63,709 bases of DNA, filler included, from Lama guanicoe (GCA_013239625.1; 212 parts of 212 records of this genome joined end to end with filler, not necessarily neighbours in it); one strand, 5' to 3'; shown: positions 13,143-25,281, counted from the whole stretch's first letter. Numbers and translations: made by a program. The notes: a model not told the origin generated them from the letters alone.

Positions 13143-15048
13143 NNNNNNNNNNNNNNNNNNNNNNNNNNNNNNNNNNNNNNNNNNNNTTAATTAATTAANN
13201 NNNNNNNNNNNNNNNNNNNNNNNNNNNNNNNNNNNNNNNNNNAACAAGTGAACAGATAAAGTCATTTCAGCTGGTAATAAGATCCAGGGAATGTCTCAGC
13301 CCAGTAGACTATAAAGTCTGTGTTTTGACTCATCCTTTGGAATCAGCCAAGGACACTGAATAATCTTGTTCAGGGATGAGAGCACCCCCAGCTGTCCCTG
13401 ATCCAGTGCTTCCCCATTGTTTGTTTCTGCAGGAATTAGATCCNNNNNNNNNNNNNNNNNNNNNNNNNNNNNNNNNNNNNNNNNNNNTTAATTAATTAAN
13501 NNNNNNNNNNNNNNNNNNNNNNNNNNNNNNNNNNNNNNNNNNNATTCGTTGATAAATCAGCTTCACAGGAATATTTGGCTCAGGGTCTGCTTATGGGAGA
13601 ACCTGGTCTCAGATGGATTCAGTAGGCTCTTGACTCTCCAGCTGTGCACAAGTGTCGTGAACATGCTGCTTCTGAATGTGCTGCTCTGCAGCAAGAGCCT
13701 CCCAGCACCCCTAACGATGTATCCCCCCAAACCTCTCCACCTCCNNNNNNNNNNNNNNNNNNNNNNNNNNNNNNNNNNNNNNNNNNNNTTAATTAATTAA
13801 NNNNNNNNNNNNNNNNNNNNNNNNNNNNNNNNNNNNNNNNNNNNTAAATGGTCAAAGAATCACTCCAGAGAGTCAGAAGCTAATCCTCTTTGTCGAGTGG
13901 GGAATCCTTTCCCTATTTCATATTTGTTTATGAATGCCACAGCATGTACTCCGAAAACACCATCCCTGGAGAGAGAGCAGACTTATAATTCTGGCGGAAT
14001 TATGTTGCCCAATCACCTAAATTCAGTATAAATTTTAGATCGAAANNNNNNNNNNNNNNNNNNNNNNNNNNNNNNNNNNNNNNNNNNNNTTAATTAATTA
14101 ANNNNNNNNNNNNNNNNNNNNNNNNNNNNNNNNNNNNNNNNNNNNCAGACACTCCTCTCTGGGAGAACAGGGTGCAGGACGCATCAAAGTTCCACAGGTG
14201 CATCCTTTTCCCAGCAGTGCTGATCCTTAGAGTTGATCCCGTCATAGTTCTTGCACAACTTTTCAAAGATGTCTTTCCAAATATGTTCATCACAGCATTC
14301 GTTGAAAGAGTAGGAACTGGGAGCAACACTAATATTCATGGACAGGNNNNNNNNNNNNNNNNNNNNNNNNNNNNNNNNNNNNNNNNNNNNTTAATTAATT
14401 AANNNNNNNNNNNNNNNNNNNNNNNNNNNNNNNNNNNNNNNNNNNNCTTTCTAAGTCTGGGACAACTGATGCAGATTAAAAGATGCTTGGAAAGAGAGCA
14501 TAGCATAGCAGAAATAAACTTGAGTTCTACCCATATATGTGAGTCTTTTGGAGAAATGACTTAATTATGTATACATTAGCTTCCACATTTCTAAGTTGAG
14601 AAAGCTAAAAACTCCACTGTCTGTTTCATGAAACTGTTTCAGAAGTANNNNNNNNNNNNNNNNNNNNNNNNNNNNNNNNNNNNNNNNNNNNTTAATTAAT
14701 TAANNNNNNNNNNNNNNNNNNNNNNNNNNNNNNNNNNNNNNNNNNNNCTTGCTATATGACCCGTCAAGCCCAGCCCTAGATATTACTAAAGGGAAATGGG
14801 AATTGTCAATTCACAGAAAAACCTATATAAAAATTATAAAGGCTTTATTCATAATTGCCAGAAAATGGGAGCTACCCAAATGTCATACTCATCTCCGGGG
14901 GCACCCATTTTATCTCTGCCGGGTAAGATGTTAGACATTGGAGAACCANNNNNNNNNNNNNNNNNNNNNNNNNNNNNNNNNNNNNNNNNNNNTTAATTAA
15001 TTAANNNNNNNNNNNNNNNNNNNNNNNNNNNNNNNNNNNNNNNNNNNN

Positions 15049-15249
15049 ACGTAAAAAAAAGATCATGCACCATGGTCAAGTTTGGGTCATCCCAGAAACA
15101 CAAGGATGGTTTAACATATGCAAATCAATCAACAAATTGTGATACACCTTATCAACGAAAGAGAAGACAAAAACGATATGATCTACATCTCATTAGATGT
15201 AGAAAAAGGATTTGATAAAATTTAACACATATTTGCAATAAATTTTCTT
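15049..15249 (+). mobile_element. LINE-1 ORF2 RT-region fragment, degenerate
   Basis: CATGGTCAAGT..CATCCCAG..CAAGGATGGTTTAACATATGCAAATCAATCAA..TTTGATAAAATTTAACAC. Homologous to 22272. Confidence 0.85.
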
Positions 15250-18058
15250 NNNNNNNNNNNNNNNNNNNNNNNNNNNNNNNNNNNNNNNNNNNNTTAATTA
15301 ATTAANNNNNNNNNNNNNNNNNNNNNNNNNNNNNNNNNNNNNNNNNNNNACAGACGGTGGCTTTCAATAGGGTGGACCGAAAAAGTACTTAAGAGAAAGT
15401 GCAGCACAAACGGGTAATTTAGTGAAGGCTCAAACGATACGATCCAGTTTATGACTGTAGTTTCCAGGATTCTATTTAGATCTTTACATGATAATGAATG
15501 GTTCTCTCCAATCCTGGGGAATAAGAAAATCAGTCTTTTGGCATGTTCAANNNNNNNNNNNNNNNNNNNNNNNNNNNNNNNNNNNNNNNNNNNNTTAATT
15601 AATTAANNNNNNNNNNNNNNNNNNNNNNNNNNNNNNNNNNNNNNNNNNNNGGTGTTACCACGCTCCACCTCTTACCACCTCTGGAATGAGACGGAACACC
15701 TTGTGCCTCAGTCTTCCTCACCACAGAATGGGGGTGAAAGTCGTAACTACCCGGAAGAGCCAGTGCGAGGACGGCAGGAGGCTCTGCACAGAAAGCACAG
15801 GCGCAGAGAGGAGTCCCTGCTCAGAGCGGCCCTCCGAAGACGGGCACCGCGNNNNNNNNNNNNNNNNNNNNNNNNNNNNNNNNNNNNNNNNNNNNTTAAT
15901 TAATTAANNNNNNNNNNNNNNNNNNNNNNNNNNNNNNNNNNNNNNNNNNNNAAGACCTGATTGGTTTTATTCAGCAATTCATGAATCAAACAGTATCCAA
16001 CCTAGCAGAGAGAAAGAAGCTCTAAGGAGCTGTACGAAATGAAAGATTTTTACAGGGAGCAGGGACAAAGAAGTTACACTAGACAAAAAGACTGGTTGAT
16101 TATTTCAAGGACACTTTCCTTTAGGGGATGGTGGGGGTCTATCTGGCAGATTNNNNNNNNNNNNNNNNNNNNNNNNNNNNNNNNNNNNNNNNNNNNTTAA
16201 TTAATTAANNNNNNNNNNNNNNNNNNNNNNNNNNNNNNNNNNNNNNNNNNNNCCTTCTTTGGGAAGACCACTTTTGTCAGGTGAACAAAGTGTTGGGAGT
16301 CGGAACTGGGCTTGACAGAGGTAAGATGACGAACGTGATGTGTTCCTCTGGAGAAACAGGCTGAGGAACCTTGGAAACTGTGCCCAGAGTGGGGCACTGC
16401 TGGGCAAAGAGGAGTATCAGCTTCCCCACTCCACCCCAGGGGGCTGCAGACCTNNNNNNNNNNNNNNNNNNNNNNNNNNNNNNNNNNNNNNNNNNNNTTA
16501 ATTAATTAANNNNNNNNNNNNNNNNNNNNNNNNNNNNNNNNNNNNNNNNNNNNTTTTTGGCTCAGATGTCGAAAGAATTCCACTTGCCTTTGATGGTCAG
16601 TAGATTAAACAGGATATGTCTTGTTATCAAACGTTCTGCACCAACTTTTTGTGAAACACGGCGTTCCCTTTTAATATCAATCCGTTTCCTCCTTTTTTTC
16701 AGAGAAATTTTTCTTCAGTCGTGTCAATGAAAGTTTGCCCCGTTTGTTGGCTTTNNNNNNNNNNNNNNNNNNNNNNNNNNNNNNNNNNNNNNNNNNNNTT
16801 AATTAATTAANNNNNNNNNNNNNNNNNNNNNNNNNNNNNNNNNNNNNNNNNNNNTGACTTACAAGCGTCCTTCTACTCCGCCATCTTGCCCGGAAGTCCT
16901 CACATTCATTTTTAATTTACTATTTTGTAGTGATCAATCTGAGAATTTGGAAGGCTTGAAATTTGCAAGATGGTGAAATGTCTGACACAGGCGATCTGGG
17001 GGAAGTTATTGCCAATAACTAAACATGAATGAAGATAGTCATAAACTGAATACTGNNNNNNNNNNNNNNNNNNNNNNNNNNNNNNNNNNNNNNNNNNNNT
17101 TAATTAATTAANNNNNNNNNNNNNNNNNNNNNNNNNNNNNNNNNNNNNNNNNNNNTGAACTCATTTATATATTCCAGAAGGCAGCTCCAGACCACTACTC
17201 TTGATCTTAGTCAAGAGTTGTCTGCATCTTGTAAGGATTTAGCTAAGTTAAGCCATATGCAGAAGTAACGAAACAGATGAACTCTTGAGGACTGTCCTTT
17301 AATTTTTGCCTATTTGGTTTAATTTTCATTTCTCATCAATAAATAATGTCTCAAACNNNNNNNNNNNNNNNNNNNNNNNNNNNNNNNNNNNNNNNNNNNN
17401 TTAATTAATTAANNNNNNNNNNNNNNNNNNNNNNNNNNNNNNNNNNNNNNNNNNNNGACCTGCCCTAGAGGCCCCAAGCAAAAGTCTAGCACCTTGCCTG
17501 GGTAGTAAACTGAGGGCGGCCTCACTGAGGTCCAGGCTTGCCTCAGCTGAGACCAGATTAGGTCGGACCAATCCCAGGTAACCGGAAGCTGTCCATTTCC
17601 AGAACCTTCAGAAGGTGGGAAGTAAGGGCCTCTCGGTGACATCTACCACCAACGAAANNNNNNNNNNNNNNNNNNNNNNNNNNNNNNNNNNNNNNNNNNN
17701 NTTAATTAATTAANNNNNNNNNNNNNNNNNNNNNNNNNNNNNNNNNNNNNNNNNNNNTGGATGTCTATGGAAATTTTTTGTGTTCAAATCATCTTTTGAT
17801 TTGTTGGTATGTTTTTAATAAAATGGTTGAAATTGTCCAACTATGGTTAATTATTTTTATATTTCTCCTTGTATTGCTATTAGCTTTTGCTTTAATATCA
17901 GTTAAGGCTGTTTGCAAAGGTATATACAATTTCATAGCTTTTTTATATTCTTAGTGGANNNNNNNNNNNNNNNNNNNNNNNNNNNNNNNNNNNNNNNNNN
18001 NNTTAATTAATTAANNNNNNNNNNNNNNNNNNNNNNNNNNNNNNNNNNNNNNNNNNNN

Positions 18059-18259
18059 TTTCTGAAACAATCCCAACTGGGATTTTGATATGCATTGCGT
18101 TAAATCTATAGGTCAATTTGGGGAGTACTGCCATCCACCTTAGCAGTATTAACTCTTCCATTCCACGAATATTGGATGTTGCTCCATTTAGCTGTGTCTT
18201 CTTTAATCTCTTTTAAATATTTTATAGTTTTCAGAGTACAAGTTTTACACTTTTTCTCA
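18059..18259 (-). mobile_element. Old LINE-1 ORF2 fragment; near-identical second copy at 18360-18560
   Basis: TGGGATTTTGAT..ATTGCGTTAAATCTATAGGTCAATTTGGGGAG..TCTTCCATTCCA is antisense L1 ORF2. Confidence 0.8.
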
Positions 18260-19262
18260 NNNNNNNNNNNNNNNNNNNNNNNNNNNNNNNNNNNNNNNNN
18301 NNNTTAATTAATTAANNNNNNNNNNNNNNNNNNNNNNNNNNNNNNNNNNNNNNNNNNNNTTTCTGAAACAATCCCAACTGGGATTTTGATATGCATTGCG
18401 TTAAATCTGTAGGTCAATTTGGGGAGTACTGCCATCCATCTTAGCAGTATTAACTCTTCCATTCCACCAATATTGGATGTTGCTCCATTTAGCTGTGTCT
18501 TCTTTAATTTGTTTTAAATATTTTATAGTTTTCAGAGTACAAGTTTTACACTTTTTCTCANNNNNNNNNNNNNNNNNNNNNNNNNNNNNNNNNNNNNNNN
18601 NNNNTTAATTAATTAANNNNNNNNNNNNNNNNNNNNNNNNNNNNNNNNNNNNNNNNNNNNAGAAGAGAGTCTGAACTGTCTTTTGAGGGGAAAAACCATA
18701 TGGTTTTGACTGGACCTGTAATGCCTATTCACCAGGTTCTATTGGGAGTATAACAGAAAGTGCGTATAGATGATGTTTAACTAACGAAACTTTGTTTAAG
18801 CTACTCTAGATTGGCCTGTCAATTTATGGTGTCACTAGCGGGTACTAATTTAAGAGTGAGANNNNNNNNNNNNNNNNNNNNNNNNNNNNNNNNNNNNNNN
18901 NNNNNTTAATTAATTAANNNNNNNNNNNNNNNNNNNNNNNNNNNNNNNNNNNNNNNNNNNNCACAGCCAGCCTGTTCACCACAGCTGCTGGGAATACAGA
19001 AAGGAACAGGACAATTCTGACCCCGCAGGTACTAATCAGAGACATAAAGAAACAGACTTCACAGTATTAGGAAGCGAGGATTCTGACGCCAAACTGCTCC
19101 TACAAGAGCTGCTGGGAAGGATGCCCAGGCAGGCTGCCGGGTCAGGCCAGGCCCGCAGAGAANNNNNNNNNNNNNNNNNNNNNNNNNNNNNNNNNNNNNN
19201 NNNNNNTTAATTAATTAANNNNNNNNNNNNNNNNNNNNNNNNNNNNNNNNNNNNNNNNNNNN

Positions 19263-19463
19263 GAAAGCAGAGGCGGTGGAAACCCTGTCTGCAGCCCCGC
19301 TCGGAGGCCAGTCCAAGCCCCAGCCCCAGCCCCAGCCGCCCGCCCCGGTCCGGGTCGGCAGACCCGGCCCGCCCGGGACACAGCCCGCCCAGGGACGGGG
19401 ACGGGCCGGCGGCTGAGGAGAGGCAGCCCGGGAGGAGAGGACTCGCGGGTGGGAGAGGGGAAG
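19263..19463. promoter_or_regulatory. CpG-island-like GC-rich fragment
   Basis: Very GC-rich with many CpGs and GC boxes (CCGCCC). The associated gene is unknown. Confidence 0.45.
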
Positions 19464-19903
19464 NNNNNNNNNNNNNNNNNNNNNNNNNNNNNNNNNNNNN
19501 NNNNNNNTTAATTAATTAANNNNNNNNNNNNNNNNNNNNNNNNNNNNNNNNNNNNNNNNNNNNATCAAGAAAGTAAATTCACCAAACACCAGCATGGGGC
19601 CCCTTGGGTTTAAGTCGTACTCTTCCAAAACACAGTTAATTTTAAACTCAGTAACATTTCTATATATGACAATTCCAGCTAAATTTTTGTGAGAATATGG
19701 CTGTCTAAATTACAGAGTTTGCAAAACCCCTAGCTTAAAGACTAGATCAGGTTAAATATATGCANNNNNNNNNNNNNNNNNNNNNNNNNNNNNNNNNNNN
19801 NNNNNNNNTTAATTAATTAANNNNNNNNNNNNNNNNNNNNNNNNNNNNNNNNNNNNNNNNNNNNCAGGAAGAGCAGTACTACCTTTCTCTACCTGAAAAG
19901 GAA

Positions 19904-20065
19904 TGTGGAGGAGGTGGAGGAGGAGAAGGAGGAGGTGGTGGAGGAGGAGAAGGTGGTGGAGGAGGATGAGGTGGAGGTGAAGGTGGAGGAGGAGGTGGAG
20001 GAGGAGGAGGTGGAGAAGGAGGTGGTGGAGGAGGAGGTGGTGGAGGAGAATGTGGTGGAGGAGGA
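19904..20065. repeat. (GAG/GTG)n purine-rich low-complexity repeat
   Basis: Runs of GAG, GTG and AAG triplets up to the fragment end. Confidence 0.9.
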
Positions 20066-20165
20066 NNNNNNNNNNNNNNNNNNNNNNNNNNNNNNNNNNN
20101 NNNNNNNNNTTAATTAATTAANNNNNNNNNNNNNNNNNNNNNNNNNNNNNNNNNNNNNNNNNNNN

Positions 20166-20366
20166 GATACAGAATGCAGAAACCAGAATTAAGGACATGG
20201 AATTCAGAACACAGCATATAGAATATACTATAAAGTATTAAAATGTAGAAATTAGAATGCAGAACACAGAATATAAAAAATACATTTCAGAATACATCAC
20301 ACAGAATATAGAAAATGGAATCCAGAACTCAGAATATAGAATGTAGAATACAGAATGTAGAACACA
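20166..20366 (+). repeat. Degenerate heptamer (AGAATAY-type) satellite
   Basis: Tandem AGAATGC/AGAACAC/AGAATAT/AGAATAC/AGAATGT units. Confidence 0.85.
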
Positions 20367-20466
20367 NNNNNNNNNNNNNNNNNNNNNNNNNNNNNNNNNN
20401 NNNNNNNNNNTTAATTAATTAANNNNNNNNNNNNNNNNNNNNNNNNNNNNNNNNNNNNNNNNNNNN

Positions 20467-20667
20467 CATAGCGGTCATAAGCCATCATAGAGAGGAGGAT
20501 GCCTTCTGTGGATCCATACACTGCAAAATAGGAACTCTGTAGAACACAGCCGGCAAATGTGCTGGACTTGTGTTCTGACAGGAAATTGACCAGCATTTTA
20601 GGAGCAATGACAGTAGAATAACAGATATCACAAAAAGAGAGGTTGCTAAGGAAGAAGTACATTGGAC
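20467..20667 (-). CDS. Olfactory receptor (class II, family 5/8-like), internal TM2-TM3 fragment
   Basis: Open frame [66 protein letters not shown], with the OR motifs PMYFFL and MAYDRY. Confidence 0.95.
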
Positions 20668-20767
20668 NNNNNNNNNNNNNNNNNNNNNNNNNNNNNNNNN
20701 NNNNNNNNNNNTTAATTAATTAANNNNNNNNNNNNNNNNNNNNNNNNNNNNNNNNNNNNNNNNNNNN

Positions 20768-20967
20768 ACAAAGGGAACGGGTTGCAGGAAAAACATTTAC
20801 TCTGTTTCTCAGTCTGTTTCCTAGTGCCGGTTTTAAGTTCTTCCGGTTTTCACTGTAAAACCGAGTTGGAGCTTATACTTCCTCTTATATATGTATGGTG
20901 TGGAGTTTACCACTAAACAAAAACTTTGTGTTCCCTTCAAGCTACGTGAAGGACGGCTTTCACACAC
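20768..20967 (+). repeat. Complex satellite (~250-bp monomer family)
   Basis: Shares TAGTGCCGGTTT, GTAAAACCGAGTTGGA, ATATATGTATG and CTTTCACACAC blocks with 24981, and several of them with 47556. Confidence 0.8.
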
Positions 20968-21991
20968 NNNNNNNNNNNNNNNNNNNNNNNNNNNNNNNNN
21001 NNNNNNNNNNNTTAATTAATTAANNNNNNNNNNNNNNNNNNNNNNNNNNNNNNNNNNNNNNNNNNNNAGTAAATTACTTTCTAGTAGTTTAATTTTAAAA
21101 ACTGTATTTCTGACCTTTATACCCATAAGTCCTAGACATCTGAGGCCTAGGGTAAAGAGGCACAATTTTCTAGCTCAAAATATATGCATATAGTACATAT
21201 GTGTATATATGTATATGTATACACACACATGCAAAAATATACTGATATGAATCTAAGTTTTCATTTTTNNNNNNNNNNNNNNNNNNNNNNNNNNNNNNNN
21301 NNNNNNNNNNNNTTAATTAATTAANNNNNNNNNNNNNNNNNNNNNNNNNNNNNNNNNNNNNNNNNNNNCTGACGGGTTACTGTCTGTCTCAGGCTGAGGA
21401 GGCCTCATGCCGAGTTGCCCCGACTCAAGGACTTCCCTGAATTTCCAGTGGACACTGAAGCTAGGCCAGGGGCCAAACTCACATGCCCAAAGAGACAGTT
21501 TACAAAAGCTGGTAGGGTCAAAAAATTGCAATTAGGAAGACTAGTTTTGCCCAGACACCACCACTCTGTNNNNNNNNNNNNNNNNNNNNNNNNNNNNNNN
21601 NNNNNNNNNNNNNTTAATTAATTAANNNNNNNNNNNNNNNNNNNNNNNNNNNNNNNNNNNNNNNNNNNNGGGAGTGGTAGATTGAGCCAAAGATAAAACC
21701 AAAACTAGAGTCTGAGTTTTCTGTCTAGCATATTATTGTACTTTTGTATTAATCATCAGAATTTAAAATATTAAGCACGTAAATGGGGTACTTCTATATA
21801 GTTTGGAGTGTATGAAGAGTGATTTGTTTGCACTGTGGAGTTCAAGTATGCCTTCTCGCTACAAAATCAANNNNNNNNNNNNNNNNNNNNNNNNNNNNNN
21901 NNNNNNNNNNNNNNTTAATTAATTAANNNNNNNNNNNNNNNNNNNNNNNNNNNNNNNNNNNNNNNNNNNNTATGTTTGTCCTGTAGTATGT

Positions 21992-22120
21992 ATTTTTTGG
22001 AGGAGGAGATAATTTATGTATTTTATTTATTTCTTCATTTTCAGAGGAGGTGCTGGAGATTGAAGCCAGGGCCTCGTGCATGCTAAGTGCATGCTCTACC
22101 CCTTGAGCTATACCCTCCCC
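21992..22120 (-). mobile_element. tRNA-Ala-derived SINE (camelid Vic-1-like)
   Basis: Reverse complement GGGGAGGGTATAGCTCAAGGGGTAGAGCATGCACTTAGCATGCACGAGGCCCTGGCTTCAATCTCCAGCACCTCC, followed by an A-rich tail. It has pol III A/B boxes and a tRNA-Ala(AGC)-like body. Confidence 0.88.
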
Positions 22121-22271
22121 TCTCTGTGGCATGTATTTCCAAATCAAATTGGCCCTTATTAGCATTTTAGANNNNNNNNNNNNNNNNNNNNNNNNNNNNN
22201 NNNNNNNNNNNNNNNTTAATTAATTAANNNNNNNNNNNNNNNNNNNNNNNNNNNNNNNNNNNNNNNNNNNN

Positions 22272-22472
22272 CCAACAGCACATAAAAAAGACCATACACC
22301 ATGATCAAGCTGGATTCATCGCAGGGACACAAGGGTGGCTCAACATACGGAAATCAACCAATATGATACACCACATCCAAAGGGAAAGGACAAAAACCAC
22401 ATGATCATCTCAATAGATGCAGGAAAACCATTTGATAAAATTCAACACCCATTTATGATAAAAACTCTTACC
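22272..22472 (+). mobile_element. LINE-1 ORF2 RT-region fragment
   Basis: Encodes [25 protein letters not shown] and [28 protein letters not shown], in different frames. Confidence 0.93.
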
Positions 22473-23776
22473 NNNNNNNNNNNNNNNNNNNNNNNNNNNN
22501 NNNNNNNNNNNNNNNNTTAATTAATTAANNNNNNNNNNNNNNNNNNNNNNNNNNNNNNNNNNNNNNNNNNNNCCTGCTCTGTTGTCTACCAACCGAATTA
22601 TTTTTCCCCCTTGAGATTTATAAAGTGTCTACAGATATTGTGTCCAATAAGATTCCCTTCAAATTCTAGGAAATAGTCAAAAATTGAAGCAGATCAGAGG
22701 ACCATTAGAATTCATTCATGCTCGATGAGTCACGAGAATTAGGTATTAAAGCTGTGCACAGTGGTTTGTAAATNNNNNNNNNNNNNNNNNNNNNNNNNNN
22801 NNNNNNNNNNNNNNNNNTTAATTAATTAANNNNNNNNNNNNNNNNNNNNNNNNNNNNNNNNNNNNNNNNNNNNGCCAGAGAAGTCGCCTGCATTCATACG
22901 ACCCTCCCCGTCTTTGCCTCATGCCGTGAGTCTTGAGACCAGGTGTTCTGGAGCCCTCAGAACAGACAGCCTTGGCATAGCTCAGCTCTGCCCTGACACA
23001 CCAGGCGAAGGTGCAGAGCTAACACGCTGGCCCAAGGGGCAGGGGCTTGGCCCACAGTGTTCCCGGGCACCAGCNNNNNNNNNNNNNNNNNNNNNNNNNN
23101 NNNNNNNNNNNNNNNNNNTTAATTAATTAANNNNNNNNNNNNNNNNNNNNNNNNNNNNNNNNNNNNNNNNNNNNTAGCACCAAGGTGGTGGAAGATTCAA
23201 CTCCTAGTAGACCTTGAGCCTCAGTGTATGTCCATTAATATACAATAGCATGCTAAATGGCACTCCCATCGGTGCCAATTTTAAGGCTGACCATAAAAGG
23301 GCAAAGATTGGGTGATGGCCCAGTTCCTGGGAATCCCAGCCGCTTCCCCAAAGTAGTTGGAATAATCCTCTCACTNNNNNNNNNNNNNNNNNNNNNNNNN
23401 NNNNNNNNNNNNNNNNNNNTTAATTAATTAANNNNNNNNNNNNNNNNNNNNNNNNNNNNNNNNNNNNNNNNNNNNAGTTATTCAACTACTTAGCACTTGT
23501 TTTTCTTGTGATAGAGCCTCAGAACGCAAATATATGAGTAGATCACAGGAGCACAGAGGCCTCATCTATATGCTGATGCTTCTGCCTGTTCCACATTAAA
23601 TTAGATGAGAAACAGAGAGAGTACCCGTTTGTGAGCTGAAGGAAAGAAATTTTTGACTTGTGTTGGTGATAGCTATNNNNNNNNNNNNNNNNNNNNNNNN
23701 NNNNNNNNNNNNNNNNNNNNTTAATTAATTAANNNNNNNNNNNNNNNNNNNNNNNNNNNNNNNNNNNNNNNNNNNN

Positions 23777-23977
23777 GAGGCAAGCTGGTCTTCCTGGGCC
23801 CAGGACCCGTGGAGCTCAGGGCGCACGCCATCCTTGTTTCTGAGGGTGGAGAGCTCCGGGTTGGATCCGAGGATGAGCCCTTCCAAGGCAAAGCTCACAT
23901 CAGACTCTACGGGAGTTCGCAATCTGCTGCCTTCTTTCCCTATGGAGTCAAGTTCCTGGCGGTGAGGAATGGCACGC
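23777..23977 (+). CDS. PKHD1: Fibrocystin/polyductin, partial exon encoding the first G8 domain
   Basis: Frame from 23779 reads [66 protein letters not shown], closely matching recalled PKHD1 (..[41 protein letters not shown]). Confidence 0.92.
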
Positions 23978-24099
23978 NNNNNNNNNNNNNNNNNNNNNNN
24001 NNNNNNNNNNNNNNNNNNNNNTTAATTAATTAANNNNNNNNNNNNNNNNNNNNNNNNNNNNNNNNNNNNNNNNNNNNCATTTGTGACCTTAAGACTATT

Positions 24100-24245
24100 T
24101 TCCAATGGGGTGCTACTGGTATTTTGAGCAGGACAGTTCTTAAATGTGAGGGATTGTCCTACACATTGCAGTGTGTTAGGCAACTCTGACAACTAAACAC
24201 CAAAAGCACTCCTGGCCGCCTCCCCCCAAGTCATAACCAAACGTA
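24100..24245. mobile_element. hAT-Charlie MITE (MER20/MER3-like)
   Basis: GGACAGTTCTT..TGTGAGGGATTGTCCTACACATTGCAG..GTTAGGCA resembles the MER20 family core. Confidence 0.5.
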
Positions 24246-24679
24246 TACAAGTGAAAACCAAAAACCAAAAAACAACTGNNNNNNNNNNNNNNNNNNNNNN
24301 NNNNNNNNNNNNNNNNNNNNNNTTAATTAATTAANNNNNNNNNNNNNNNNNNNNNNNNNNNNNNNNNNNNNNNNNNNNGGCTCCATGCTGGCTCACACAG
24401 GGCCTCCTCAGAAGTCTGTCAAGGAGGCAGTATGAGAAACCAGGCAAGAAGAGCTTCCCCTGGAAATGGCTTTGGCTCCATTGGGACATTGGTGCAGGCA
24501 GGACAGGGTGTGGAGCAACCAGCACTGGATAGCTCCAAGGCATAAATCCTCATTTAGGTAGAAACCTGAATTAATCATGNNNNNNNNNNNNNNNNNNNNN
24601 NNNNNNNNNNNNNNNNNNNNNNNTTAATTAATTAANNNNNNNNNNNNNNNNNNNNNNNNNNNNNNNNNNNNNNNNNNNN

Positions 24680-24880
24680 GCTAGAACTGCTAAAATCAAC
24701 AAGACAGACAATAGCAAGTGCTGGTGAAAATGCAGAGAATTTAGAACCTCCCAAATTGTTGATAGGATTGTATAATGGTGCATTCACTTTGGAAAACGGT
24801 ATGGCAATTCCTCAAAAGGATAAATATAGAGTGGCATATAACCCAGCAACTTCACAGCTAGGTATATACCCAAGAGAAAT
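24680..24880 (+). mobile_element. Old LINE-1 (L1M) 3' fragment
   Basis: ACAGACAATAGCAAGTGCTGGTGA..CACTTTGGAAAACGG..GGCAATTCCTCAAAA..ACCCAGCAA..CTAGGTATATACCCAAGAGAAAT. Confidence 0.85.
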
Positions 24881-24980
24881 NNNNNNNNNNNNNNNNNNNN
24901 NNNNNNNNNNNNNNNNNNNNNNNNTTAATTAATTAANNNNNNNNNNNNNNNNNNNNNNNNNNNNNNNNNNNNNNNNNNNN

Positions 24981-25181
24981 TAGTGCCGGTTTGACGTGCC
25001 TGAAGTTTTCAATGTAAAACCGAGTTGGAAGTTGTACCGCCCACATATATGTATGGTGTGGTGTTCGCAACTGGAAATTAACTTTGTGTTCCATTCAAAC
25101 TAGTTGAAGCAGGGCTTTCACACACACTTATGTCTCAGAACTCAGCACGTGGAGAGATGTTCGTTCATACAGCACAATGGG
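24981..25181 (+). repeat. Complex satellite (~250-bp monomer family)
   Basis: Aligns with 20822-20967 and extends into sequence shared with 47556. Confidence 0.8.
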
Positions 25182-25281
25182 NNNNNNNNNNNNNNNNNNN
25201 NNNNNNNNNNNNNNNNNNNNNNNNNTTAATTAATTAANNNNNNNNNNNNNNNNNNNNNNNNNNNNNNNNNNNNNNNNNNNN

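Noticed and set aside
18661..18861. Possible mitochondrial insertion (GTAGCTTAAACAAAG on the minus strand, tRNA-Val-like)
   Set aside because: The match is only about 15 bp and the flanks do not resemble 12S or 16S rRNA.
19905..20117. Glu/Val-rich acidic protein
   Set aside because: It is a translation of a GAG/GTG low-complexity repeat, with no ATG, splice signal or domain context.
21992..22120. tRNA-Ala genes (also 41255-41360)
   Set aside because: They have an extra GGGGAGG head, mutated stems and an A-rich tail, so they are SINE copies rather than functional tRNAs.
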